Assembly (NCBI GenBank): GCA_973895155.1
Contig: OZ316899.1
Coordinates: 1,325,573-1,389,572 of the forward strand
Direction: 5' to 3'
Source of the DNA: Marsupella aquatica
Taxonomy: Eukaryota > Plantae > Marchantiophyta
DNA length: 64,000 nt
Shown: positions 25,380-36,096 of the stretch, piece by piece
Numbering within the stretch: the stretch's first letter is position 1
Layout of the letters: the number at the start of each line of letters is the position of its first letter
Notes under the pieces: model-generated
Told to the model about the DNA's origin: nothing
The model's input: only the letters and a program-made list of their open reading frames with translations
Database searches by the model: none
Made by a program: the position numbers and the translations under genes

Positions 25380-25391
25380 CGTTATCAGCAC
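25380..25391 (+). promoter_or_regulatory. PBS complementary to the anticodon arm of tRNA-Ile (half-tRNA priming)
   Basis: CGTTATCAGCAC directly after the LTR; its reverse complement GTGCTGATAACG matches eukaryotic tRNA-Ile(AAU) GUGCU-AAU-AACG if A34 is inosine. Confidence 0.7.
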
Positions 25392-25537
25392 GTGATTTTG
25401 CTCCTCCAACAACTCTCGAGCTACTCATAGGCCTCTTATGAATTTTTTCCCTATTCATGTGAACGAAGCATCGAACAAAATTCCCCAAGACACATTTCTT
25501 TTCTTTCGCCAAGTACACCACAAAATTTTCATCGACT

Positions 25538-28500
25538 ATGACAATATTGGAGAAGCTCCAATTCCCATTGCTCGCAACAGATGGCGACAATTATTTATCT
25601 TGGGCACAGAATACAGAAATTGTTCTCAACATGAAAGGCCTCGGCGACATTATCTTAGCAGATATCAATGGCACATTACAACAAAAGGCTCAAGCACTGT
25701 ATATCATTCGCCATCACCTCGTTGCCGAACTACAACTTGAATACCTTACAGAGTTTAATCCCCGAGCCCTATGGGACGCTCTCAAATTGAGGTTCGACCA
25801 TCTGCATCTAATTTCCCTACCAGCTGCATGAAATGAATGGATTCATTTACGAGTTCTAGACTACCCTACAATTGCCAAATTCAATAGCGCCTTATTTCGG
25901 ATAACTGCTCAGCTAGCAGCCTGCGGTGAACCAATCGATGAAGCAGCAAAGATTGAAAAGACTCTTTCTACATTCTCGGCAGTGAACATGCAGTTATCGC
26001 AGATTTATAGACAACGCCATTTCACCCAATTCTCAGATTTGATTGCAGTCATGCTCCTAGCTGAAAAGAATGACCTCCTCCTTTTGAGGAACTCTCGCGA
26101 GCGACCACCAGGCACGCTTCCTAAACCGGAAATACAATTCACGAATACCAATAGAGGTCATTCCTCTTACAATCGACCTCGTGGCCAATTTAATGGCAAT
26201 CCAAGTCATTTCAATAAATTCCACAAGAGACAACAATTTCGCACAGACAAAGGGAAAATCTACAAGCCTCCCATGAATTCTTGGTATCGTAACCCCAATC
26301 ATATGCCAAATAATCCTGCACAGGATTATCCCACAAATAATCAGCCCAAGTGTTTCCGTTGCGGTGGGACAGGGCATATCCAAAAGAATTGCAGAGTTCA
26401 AGCTCACCTAGTCAAACTATACCAGGCCACCCTCACAACATCCAACACCTTAACAGCCGCACATCACTTGGAGATCGATGACGATCTCTCCAAATACACG
26501 GTTGCACCTCCCCCACCAGAGGTTCATATAGTATCCCATGAAACGAATGACACATCTCTCGCCGGTGCTGATATTTGCATTCTTGACAGCGGCACTTCTC
26601 ACTCAATCCTAAAAGACAAATGTTATTTCCAGCACATATACCCATCAAATAGACCTGTGACTACTATCACAGGTATAAACCAATTAGAGGAAGGCCATGG
26701 ACCTGCCCAACTTGCCCTTCCTCAAGGCACAACCATTAAAATTGCATCTGCCATATATGCCCCACTCGCAACACGGAACTTACTAAGTTTCCATGATGTC
26801 CGCCAAAACAACCTCCATATACGCTCTGCACCCGACAACCACATAAACTCTCTACAGATTTTTTGAGAAACTGATAATGGCCCTATTACACTAGAGACAT
26901 TACCACTCCATCCCCCCGGCGTTTATGCCACTAAGATCATGTCTTACAATTCCCAACGACAACAATTATCCCCCACAGAATTATGGCATATCCGCCTCGG
27001 CCACCCAGGCCCAGGGATGTACCATAAAATTATGAAGGACACCATTGGCATACCAAAAGGAGTACACCCATCCACGAAGTTAGACACTTGCATCCCCTGT
27101 GCACAAGGCAAATTTATCACTCATCTAGCTTCCACTAAAAACACCTATCAAATCCCTGACTTCCTCTCACAGATCAATGTGGACGTCTGCGGACCTATTG
27201 ATCCACCGAGTGGACCATTTAGGTTTTTCCTAGTAATGATATGCTCCTCAACCAAATGGTCCTCTGTTTCTTTAATTTCCACAAGAAACCTTGTCTTTGC
27301 CAGACTGCTAACACAACTTATACGTCTTCGCACTCAATTCCCTGACTCTCCTACCAAAATAATTCGAATTGATAATGCTGGCGAATTTACATCACCAGCA
27401 TTCGATGACTTCTGTCAAGTCCTGGGCATCACAATTCAATACTCAGTACCATATGTACATTTCCAGAATGGTACTGCAGAGGCATTAATAAAACATTTAC
27501 AGATGATCTCGAGACCTATGCTATTACAGACACAACTCCCACTTACAGCCTGGGGACATGCTATACTCCATGGCGCTGCACTACTGCGATATAGACCATC
27601 GGCTTTTAATATTTACACACCACACCAACTAGCATATGGCTCTATACCAGATATTACACACCTGAAAGTGTTTGGCTGCCTTGTTCTAGTACCCATTCTT
27701 GGCCCCAAGCACACCAAGATGGGACCACAGCGTCGACGTGGCATATATATTGGCTACGACTCTCCCTCGATAATAAGGTATCTCGAACCCACCACTGCTG
27801 ATGTGTTTCGAGCTCGATACCAGGACTGTAAATTATGTGAAGAAATCTTCCCAACACTTCTAACTCCAGCACAACTCTCCAAACAACCTGTCTCAACACA
27901 CACATTAGAATGGACAACAAAGGATCCATTCTGGAATGATCCTCGTACTCAATTGACAAACGATGAAGTGAAACGCATTCTGAATCTCCATCAAATTATG
28001 GAGAAAATACCTGACGCATTTAATGATGCTACAAATGTAACGAAATCACATATAGAAGCAGCCAATACTCCTATGAGAATTCATATACCAGATACTTGAG
28101 CCACAGACCTCGCTCCCAAGGCTAAGCGAGGTAGACCTTCAGGTTCCAAAGACTCTAGACCACGGCAAAAGACACCTGTATCAACACATTTATCCTTACA
28201 ATTACCGCCAATTATACAGGATGACAATGAAGAAATCTCCATCCACTATATGCATACTGGACATTTATGGCATCGCAATTTAACTAAACCAGATGAGCAT
28301 TTTGCTTTTCTTATATCCCAGATATAACTAAAGATTTACCAGACCCTTGGACAATTAAAGAAGCACAACAACGACCAGACTGGCCCAAATGGAACTCTGC
28401 TATTAACTCCGAGCTTGATTCTCTGATATCTCGTCAAGTTTTTGGAGAACTCCGAGTCGTCCCTGTTGCACAACACCTAACTGGGTATAGGATTATATTG

Positions 28501-30209
28501 ATACGCAAACATAATGCCGCAGGTGAAGTAATCCGCTACAAAGCCAGACTTGTGGCTAGAGGCTACACGCAAATATATGGCAAAGATTACGACCTTACTC
28601 ATTCACCGGTCATGGACTCCATTACCTACCAATATCTGATTGCTTTTGCCCTCACACATCAAATTCGTATGCATCTTATGGAGGTGGTAACTGCTTACCT
28701 TTACGGTATACTTGATACTGACATACAAATGCAAGCTCCACCTGAATTAATTCAGAGGGTAATTTTCCACATTAAGGGGGAGCATACAACCTCCCCAACC
28801 CCGGACCTAAAGTCGGGTATTGTAAGATTGTCCCTACACAGGACTTTAAGGACCACCTCATTCACTCAGGCCAGATGATACCTGCTGAAATACATGACTC
28901 ATCAGCGGTCCAAAATAACAAGGCCCAGCAAATTGCTAATGGTGAACAGTCAGCGGATTCACCATTGAATTATACTGACTTACTCGCTGAGGTAAATCCT
29001 GTTCACCACATAATCAATAAAGCCAAGAAATCAGAGAAAGCATTTGCTGTACAGGTTCTTAGGTCACTCTATGGTTTAAAACAGAGTGGTCGCATCTGGT
29101 ATAAACATTTCCGTGCTGAGATGCTTGCACTTGGTTTCGTGAATGAGGACATTGCTCCTTGCCTTTTTATCAAAAGACATGGCACTGAATTTATAATCAT
29201 AGCCATATATGTCGACGACATTAACCTAATGGGTACTAAACTCATTATGGATCAAACCATTACCACACTTAAGAGCATATTCGAAATGAAGGATATTGGT
29301 CAACCCCTATTTTGTATTGGCATTCAATTCAAACATTTATCCAGCGGTATTCTTATTCATCAATCTACATATACCAGAAAACTATTAAAACAATTCAACA
29401 TGGACAAAAGCTATCCAGTCACGACACCTATGGAAATTCGATCTTCGAACACATCCAGAGATCTATATAAGCGCAGGACCGAACACGAACCAATCTTGGG
29501 CCCAGAGAAACCTTACCTCTCTGCTATAGGAGCCTTGATGTACCTGGCGAATCAAACTCGCCCAGGCATCTCTTTCGCTGTCCACTTGCTTGCCCGCCAC
29601 AGCTCCCAACCGACTATTAGACATTGGAATGGCATTAAGAGGATACTGCGCTACCTTCAAGGTACAATTGACACTGGCCTCTATTACCCTAAAGATGTGC
29701 CTAACGAATTGATTGGTTACGCAGATGCAGGTTACCTTACAGACCCCGATGATGCGAAATCCCAGACGGGATATGTATTTCTACAAGGACATACAGCCAT
29801 ATCCTGGAAAAGTACCAAGCAGACTTTGACGACCACATCCTCCAACCACGCGAAAATCATAGCACTATACGAAGCCAGCCGAGAATACCTGTGGCTTCGA
29901 CAGCTTATCAATCACATCCAGTCGTCTACAGGCCATGCAATTCTTACCAAGCCTACTATCATCTACGAGGATAACAAGCCTTGTGTTGATCAGATAGTTA
30001 AAGGCTTTATCAAGGGCGACCGAATCAAACATATTGCCCCCAAATTTTTCCACACGCATGAACAGCACGGGGACCAAATCAACGTTCAATGGATACCTTC
30101 TAAAGATAATCGTGCTGACCTTTTTACGAAGCCCTTACCTCACATTCTTCACAAAGCGCATTCGACTGGAATAAGCCTCCGTAGATTATCGGACTTCACT
30201 GCAATCTGA
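25538..30209 (+). pseudogene. gag-pol: Copia gag-pol polyprotein with several stops and frameshifts
   Basis: MTILEKLQF..GDNYLSW gag; CFRCGGTGHIQKNC knuckle; ILDSGTSH protease; LWHIRLGHPG..CIPCAQGK and IRIDNAGEF..QNGTAE integrase; YKARLVARGY, SLYGLKQSG and YVDD RT; GYADAGY..HIAPKFF RNase H. Confidence 0.95.
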
Positions 30210-30563
30210 CTTCCCCACCTCTTCCATAAACTTCTTACTCCATTGCGACACGACAATACTTTTTTTCCCCACGACACCTTCTCTGTTCTATGCATATTCT
30301 ACTGAACGTATGTTCTCCATACTCGACCATTTCAACACATCCTATCGAATACTCGTTTAGATTTAGCCATACATGATTACACTCCTGCCCACCTATTCTT
30401 ACTAGTTTTAACTCATTACATGTAAGGTAGTGACACTCTTTTTACCCCAGAAGAAAGCAGGGGGTTTTTAATGAGGTCATACCCCAATGAGTTTTTCCAT
30501 TATATTCAGAACTAGGCTTAAATTTATTTCCAAAATGGTTACTTTAAGAAACATAAAGTAACC

Positions 30564-30572
30564 AAGGGGGAG
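30564..30572 (+). promoter_or_regulatory. Polypurine tract
   Basis: AAGGGGGAG abuts the 3' LTR. Confidence 0.9.
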
Positions 30573-30762
30573 TGTTAGAATATATTTAACCCTTAGTCCA
30601 TATGATGATACAAAGAGGTATGCAATACCTAGATATAAAGAGACACAAGACTAGGAGAGGGTAGTTACAACTACCCCAATGTACAACATAAAATAAGCCA
30701 CATTGGCTTAAAGGAAAATCAATCATCTTTTGTTGGTGTATGCATATTTTCATAGTTTAACA
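30573..30762 (+). repeat. 3' LTR of copia element 2
   Basis: Direct repeat of 25190-25379. Confidence 0.97.
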
Positions 30763-31543
30763 CAAATGACGTTTAACATACCAAGCTATTGTACAGTTCG
30801 ACTGTCAAAAAAGCTCCCCTCAATTTGAACTTCCTTCACTACCTTGGCTGTGTTGCCAACAAAGCTCCTTTCGAACCTCCTCCACTGACTGCCGATGTCT
30901 AGCTTCAAGCTATTTCACAATGAAAGCTCCCCTGTATTCTCAATGGTTTGAACGAGAGTCCTCTAAATCAATTGCGACCAATGTGACTCAATGCGTCCAT
31001 GGAAGGTAGACCTCAGATTATCTTGCTAGCCATCGTTGCTCTCCCTTCCTCACCCGACATTGAAACGTTCACTACTTTCTGATTTCGGCAACTATGGTTT
31101 TCAAGCTCGGTTTTCACCATCAAAAAGTTTGAGCAATTGTGGAATTCTGATAAAACTTGCCGCGTCTGCAAGTCCTTACCACTATTGTCATTGTCGCGGC
31201 TAGGATGGAAGGACTCAGAGTCCTTGTTTTCAAATAGTCCTTGACAACGCGGGATAATAGGACATAATTATCGTCCACTTTCCAAAGTCAATTCAAGCAG
31301 GCTACTTCCTCGAGGACATTTATTAAACACTTCTCGCATGTAAGTACTTTATGACTTAAATTAGAGTTCTAGGCTACTAAATCCAAAAATGGTTATAATG
31401 GAATCATTTCTCAATCATTTAATTCTAGCCTTTGATCTGTGAATTTTCAATCTTGGCCATTGAGGGATATGTTGCACATTTAATGCAACATGGAAAGGAC
31501 TTGAGTCCTTGTCTAGGAGAAAAAAGGACAAAAATGGTAGTCC

Positions 31544-32660
31544 TCAATCATGCAATCCACCAAGTCCTACTCCACTCCAATCAGTGTGTAGCTGAAATGG
31601 TCGTCCCGAAACGGGTCTTCTCAAAATAGGTGTTGACACCAATCTTTCCTTCAATTCTTGGAAAGCATGCTCTTGGTCGTCACCCCAAATCCACTCCTGG
31701 TCCAACTTAGTGAGTATAGTTAAAGGCTTGGCAAGTTGGCTAAATCCTTTAACATACCATCTATAATAGCTCGCCAATCCCAAGAATGCACGAACTCTAC
31801 TCGCATCAGCAGGACGAGGAATCTGTGTAATGGCCTCCACCTTAGTCTCTTGCACGCCCAATCCTCCTGGGTAGATAGTGTAGCCCAAATACTCAATTTT
31901 GTCTTGGAAGAACTTACATTTGCCAGGATGGAGTTTCAACCCATGTTCTCTCAATCTCTCCAACACAATCTGCAAGTGTCTCTGATGTTCTTCCACCGTA
32001 TCAAAATAGACCAAAATGTCGTCAATGTAACATCTCACAAAATCCAAACCTGCAAGAATTTGATCCATAACTCTTTGGAATTCAGCTAGTGCATTCTTCA
32101 ACCCAAATGGTAAGAACAACCACTGATACAAATGATCTTTGCCATAAGAATCAATTCCCCAAAATGTTGTCTTGGATCTATCAGAATGCCTAATTGGCAA
32201 CTGATGGTACCCCGCCTTGAGGTCCAACGAACTAAATATCTTTGCATGCTCCACAGCATCAAAGATCTCCTCGGTGTGGGCATGGCATATTGATCAGATT
32301 TTGTCTGACGATTAATAGGTCGATAATCACCACACATTCGCCTATCTGTGTAATTGCCATGCACATCCTTCTTGGCTGGCATCACTGTGGCAGATGCATA
32401 CTCCCCGTATGAGATCTCCACCAAACCAGCCTCCAACAAATCTTGAGTTCTACTCTGGATCAAAGCCCTCTTCATGTCACTATATCGATATGGTCGTCGA
32501 AAGATTGGCGCATCACTAGCCAATTTGATTTGAATACCAGGACCCTTCAATGTCCCTAAATCCTTCATACTAAATGCAAAACAATTCCAATAATTCTTCA
32601 AGAATTGATGCATGCAACGGCTCTCCCTCCTGGTCAACTTAGGACCAATCTGTGATTGCC
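31544..32660 (-). pseudogene. Gypsy reverse transcriptase and RNase H start
   Basis: Canonical gypsy RT motifs including YIDD; one frameshift near 32270. Confidence 0.93.
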
Positions 32661-32661
32661 A

Positions 32662-32850
32662 ACTCTCCATCAAAGCTATGACATCTTCCTTTGGAGTTGA
32701 AGAGGCCACAAGCCGTGGGCTGTGACTCTCCATCAAAGCAGTGACGTCTTCCTTGGGAGTTGAAGAGGCCACAAGCCGTGGGCTGTGACTCTCCATCAAA
32801 ACTATGATGTCTTCCTTTGGAGATGAAGAGGCCACAAGCCGTGGGCTGTG
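32662..32850. repeat. Three 63-bp tandem repeats (21-aa ESHSPRLVASSTPKEDVTALM) in the MTase-RT linker
   Basis: Units start at 32662, 32725 and 32788. Confidence 0.9.
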
Positions 32851-33049
32851 GATGGAAGAGTCAGTCGCTCATTGCTATTCATCAATAGTTTGAGCAACCT
32901 TCTTCTGCTCAACAATATGTTCTGCCTTGGCCAATCCTGCCATAGGTCTATCAATTGTTTGCTCGCCCCCAGCTGTGACCGCTACTGTCTCAGTAGGCCG
33001 CAAGCTCACCAATGGACGATCTGTAACATTAGAACTATGCATTATTTTG

Positions 33050-33880
33050 CAATTGTTCAGCTAATCCCAAGCTGATAATCCAAGTCAAGCAATTGAAATC
33101 CATGGCTTGACCAAGGACCTGACAACGTGAATGCTCTGACACCGAGGCCACTGCCGTGGTGCTGGTAAAAAATCCTATAGCCCGCTCTCTCTCATTAGTG
33201 GTAGGCTCTACTAGTCATTGTAGAGTTGTATCCCACACAAGTCCAGGGCCACTTGCTCAAAATGCGTATGAAGCAGAATGGCTCACAAAAGTGGGTAATG
33301 CACAACGCGGACGCCCAACAACATTCACCACTGCCAATGGTGGTCGATCAGATTGGGTAACACTTTGTGCACGACGCCCTGGATCCAAAATACTATCCAC
33401 CACTAAGGTTGTTGAGCGAGGTACACCATCAAATGCTCGCTTTAAGACCTCACATGGTATCAAGTTAGTCCACCATAATCGTGGGCGATGTGCACGAGAA
33501 CCCACACGTGCAGCATCCAATAACACAGCAGGTCCAATCCAAGATCGCACTTGATGAACACTAGCAACAATTCGATGATGATCATCACCCAATAGTGGGA
33601 CATTCTCCAAAATGTATGTAGGAGAATGTGTCTGATGCATTTGGAGATGGCGCAACACCCATAACATCTCCCAAAATAATGCAGATCTTGGATCATGAAA
33701 TCCATGTCCAATTCCAGCCCGAGATTGACCCTGACATGGCCAACCCGCAATCACCAAATCAATGGGGCCAACACAATCCAAATGATCCGCCCCCAATAAT
33801 GAAATATCATCAGGCAATGCATGCTGATAGCCACGAACGGCATCCACTGGCAACAAATGTGGATAACGTTCCACCACCTA
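33050..33880 (-). pseudogene. C5 cytosine DNA methyltransferase domain inside pol (motifs IV, V, VI, VIII, IX, X; motif I absent)
   Basis: DLVIAGWPCQGQS (IV, catalytic PC), DPRSALF (V), YILENV (VI), AHRPRLWWTN (VIII); past two in-frame TGA stops, EPTTNERERAIGF (IX-like) and VLGQAMD (X-like). Confidence 0.88.
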
Positions 33881-34282
33881 CTGCCACACAATAGGAGTGG
33901 TATCCAATGGTGAAAGGGTCACCGGTCCATCTGCAAAAGACTGTTGTGCTCCTGACTCCGGTGTAAAAGCATGACGCCAGGCATCATGTATCAATTGGGC
34001 CGCATTTTGTTGCAAGGCCTCTCCAGTACCCCATACTAGTGCCACAATAGTATCAACAGGTAATCACCCATCATGTGTTCCTCATGTGGCTCCTCCATTG
34101 CTGGAATATCTACTGCATGTGCATTACCTTCAATCAACTCATCAGATCCAGTAATCAAACTATTAAATGCTGCCAAAGACAATGGTGCAGATTTAGGACC
34201 TCCCACAGGTCCACTAAATTGCACTGGAAATTGGCTCAATTGAGCATCTCTAGATTGCCAATGGGGTTGATACGACACCAAC

Positions 34283-34579
34283 TCATCCCAAATCAAGAAC
34301 AAATCCCATAGGATAAAGTACTGTACATCCCACTAACACATCATATGATTCAGCCTTAGTCAAAATAGCTTGAGCCTCGATCCGTGAGTTATCCTTTGGA
34401 TGATCCTCTTGAATCCTAAGTTCAAGTGCTCGTCTGCTGATATGTTGTTTGGGTGTAGGTCCTCCCAATGAAGTCTGAATGGGAAAGGGACACTCCTCCA
34501 AATCATTTGGACGCAATCCCAATCCTTGTATCGCAGACTTACCCAACATCAAGGGCTGAGCACCAGTATCCAGTAACAC
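34283..34579 (-). pseudogene. Gypsy aspartic protease
   Basis: LLDTGAQPLMLG and YDVLVGCTVL motifs. Confidence 0.85.
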
Positions 34580-35285
34580 TCATTCTGGCTGGTATATCGC
34601 TCCAAAAGGCCCAACTAATTGGAAGATACCACTCCGATTATCCAATGATACCACACTAGGTTTAAACCTAGTTCTCTCAAAGGCAGGGCGTGCTGGTAAC
34701 TCCATCAACCTCGCCGCTGCTGCTTGCCATGTTTCACCACTAGCAATAGGTGGAATCAACTCCACAACTTCAGATTTATGCATTGTCTCTGCACGAGAAG
34801 CAACAACTGGAGTGTCTTCACATAATGTGGCCACCAATCTGAACACTTCAGCTGGACTAACTCCCAATGTCATATTTTTTGCTGAAAATAACGGGGGGCA
34901 ATGGTCATTCAAAGTTGTCATAGAAAACACAAAGCGATTCTTCAACTCCAAAGCAAATTTTCTCTGATTTTCTTCCAAAGCGATATTTTGCTGAAAGTGA
35001 TTCTTCTGTCCAAACTCAATCTTCTTCAACTTCTTCCAGAACTTTCTTTTAGAGATCACAACAGGTTCAAGGATGGTTGATTGCTTTGAATATATTGGCT
35101 CTAAATGATGTCAAAAAGTTTAAAAGTTTATCAGTTTTACCACATATCTCCATATTGCCATTCCACATAACCCCCTTCTCAAATGTGAAGCGACCTCGCA
35201 AACACCATCATCTTCTAGGGCCACGCCTTATTTGGGGAGGCTGTGCCAAAGTATAAATATCCAGTATAGTATACTCAATATCACT

Positions 35286-35393
35286 TGTCATGCGGACACA
35301 CATCCATACACAACTCACATCGCGGCACACCATGTAAACAAGAAAACAGATAATCACACAATACACAACACATGTACGCCAAAATCCATAACA
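35286..35393. repeat. 108-bp LTR-like repeat, copy 1
   Basis: TGTCATG...CATAACA ends; about 94% identical by eye to 35777-35884. Confidence 0.75.
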
Positions 35394-35776
35394 ATCTCTC
35401 GCAAAACGGGACCCCGCTGCAAGGTATCACTAGGTCGAGCCAAACTCACCCGCTAGCCATGCGGGACTCCAAGTCTATACATATAGCAGAACCCTGCCAA
35501 TGTTGCTCTACATGCCAACCAATATACACTCTCTCTCTCTCTCACCATAGCCACACTCACATGAGCTCTACTAGTGCCGAGAGGCTCAACTTGGAGGAAT
35601 GAGGAGCTAATCTCTCATTCTCCAAGGTATACCCCCATGGCACAAAGACATGGTAACCTGGGTGAAGAGGTCACCCCTACCAGGTGACCTGCTATGCCAG
35701 GTCACCCTCCCAAACTCACAACACAATCATGTGCAACCAACAAAGTTGCAACTCAAATGCAACATGGGGTGACAGC

Positions 35777-35884
35777 TGTCGTGCGGACACACATCCATAC
35801 ACAACTCACATCGCGACACATCATGTAAACAAGAAAACAGATAATCACACAACACACAACACATGTACGTCAAAATCCATAACC
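35777..35884. repeat. 108-bp LTR-like repeat, copy 2 (candidate 3' LTR of the INT-PHD element)
   Basis: Direct repeat of 35286-35393; preceded on the minus strand by purine-rich AGGAGGGC (PPT-like) and ~170 nt after the PHD stop codon. Confidence 0.65.
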
Positions 35885-36057
35885 GCCCTCCTAGCTGGTG
35901 GTTAGGTCCCGCTAACTACAGCTAGCCCAAAAACTAAAAGGAAGTATACACCTTTTGGGTGCACAATCAAGAGGCCGGGTGCAAAGGAGCCCCATTGTTA
36001 ATCGCCTGCCTACAATCTATACTACCTAATGAGTTTTATGCTAACTGAAGCCACTCT

Positions 36058-36096
36058 CTATCTACAATTGGGACACAACCACCATCCTTTAGGAAC
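36058..36096 (-). pseudogene. C-terminal tail of the integrase PHD finger (VPKGWWLCPNCR*)
   Basis: Continues ..LTPPLDSVP from 42968+ in frame once 36097-42967 and one TSD are removed. Confidence 0.88.

Larger units (their letters stand above)
25190..30762 (+). mobile_element. Ty1/copia LTR retrotransposon, Bianca-like, near full length
   Basis: 190-bp LTRs with 1 mismatch, TSD CAAAT (25185-25189 / 30763-30767), PBS, PPT, and gag-PR-INT-RT-RH order. Confidence 0.95.
31544..34900 (-). mobile_element. pol: Ty3/gypsy pol fragment: protease - C5 DNA methyltransferase - RT - start of RNase H
   Basis: LLDTGAQ protease (34283-34579); MTase (33050-33880); RMCGDYRPIN, FSSLDLKAGYHQL, LPFGLKNA and CYIDDIL RT; FQLHTDWS RNase H start (ORFs 32098-32835, 31544-32254). 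Truncated after the first RNase H motif. Confidence 0.92.

Noticed and set aside
25190-30762. Apparent paradox of near-identical LTRs but a broken gag-pol
   Set aside because: One mismatch in 190 bp is compatible with several mutations across 5.2 kb, and defective templates can be mobilised in trans.
33050-33880. Bacterial restriction-modification MTase or contamination
   Set aside because: The domain is colinear with gypsy protease and RT on the same strand, decayed to a similar degree, with no prokaryotic operon context.
35286-35884. Stand-alone TRIM made of the two 108-bp repeats
   Set aside because: No matching TSD (TCACT versus GCCCT) and no clear PBS/PPT between the repeats; kept only as LTR-like repeats.
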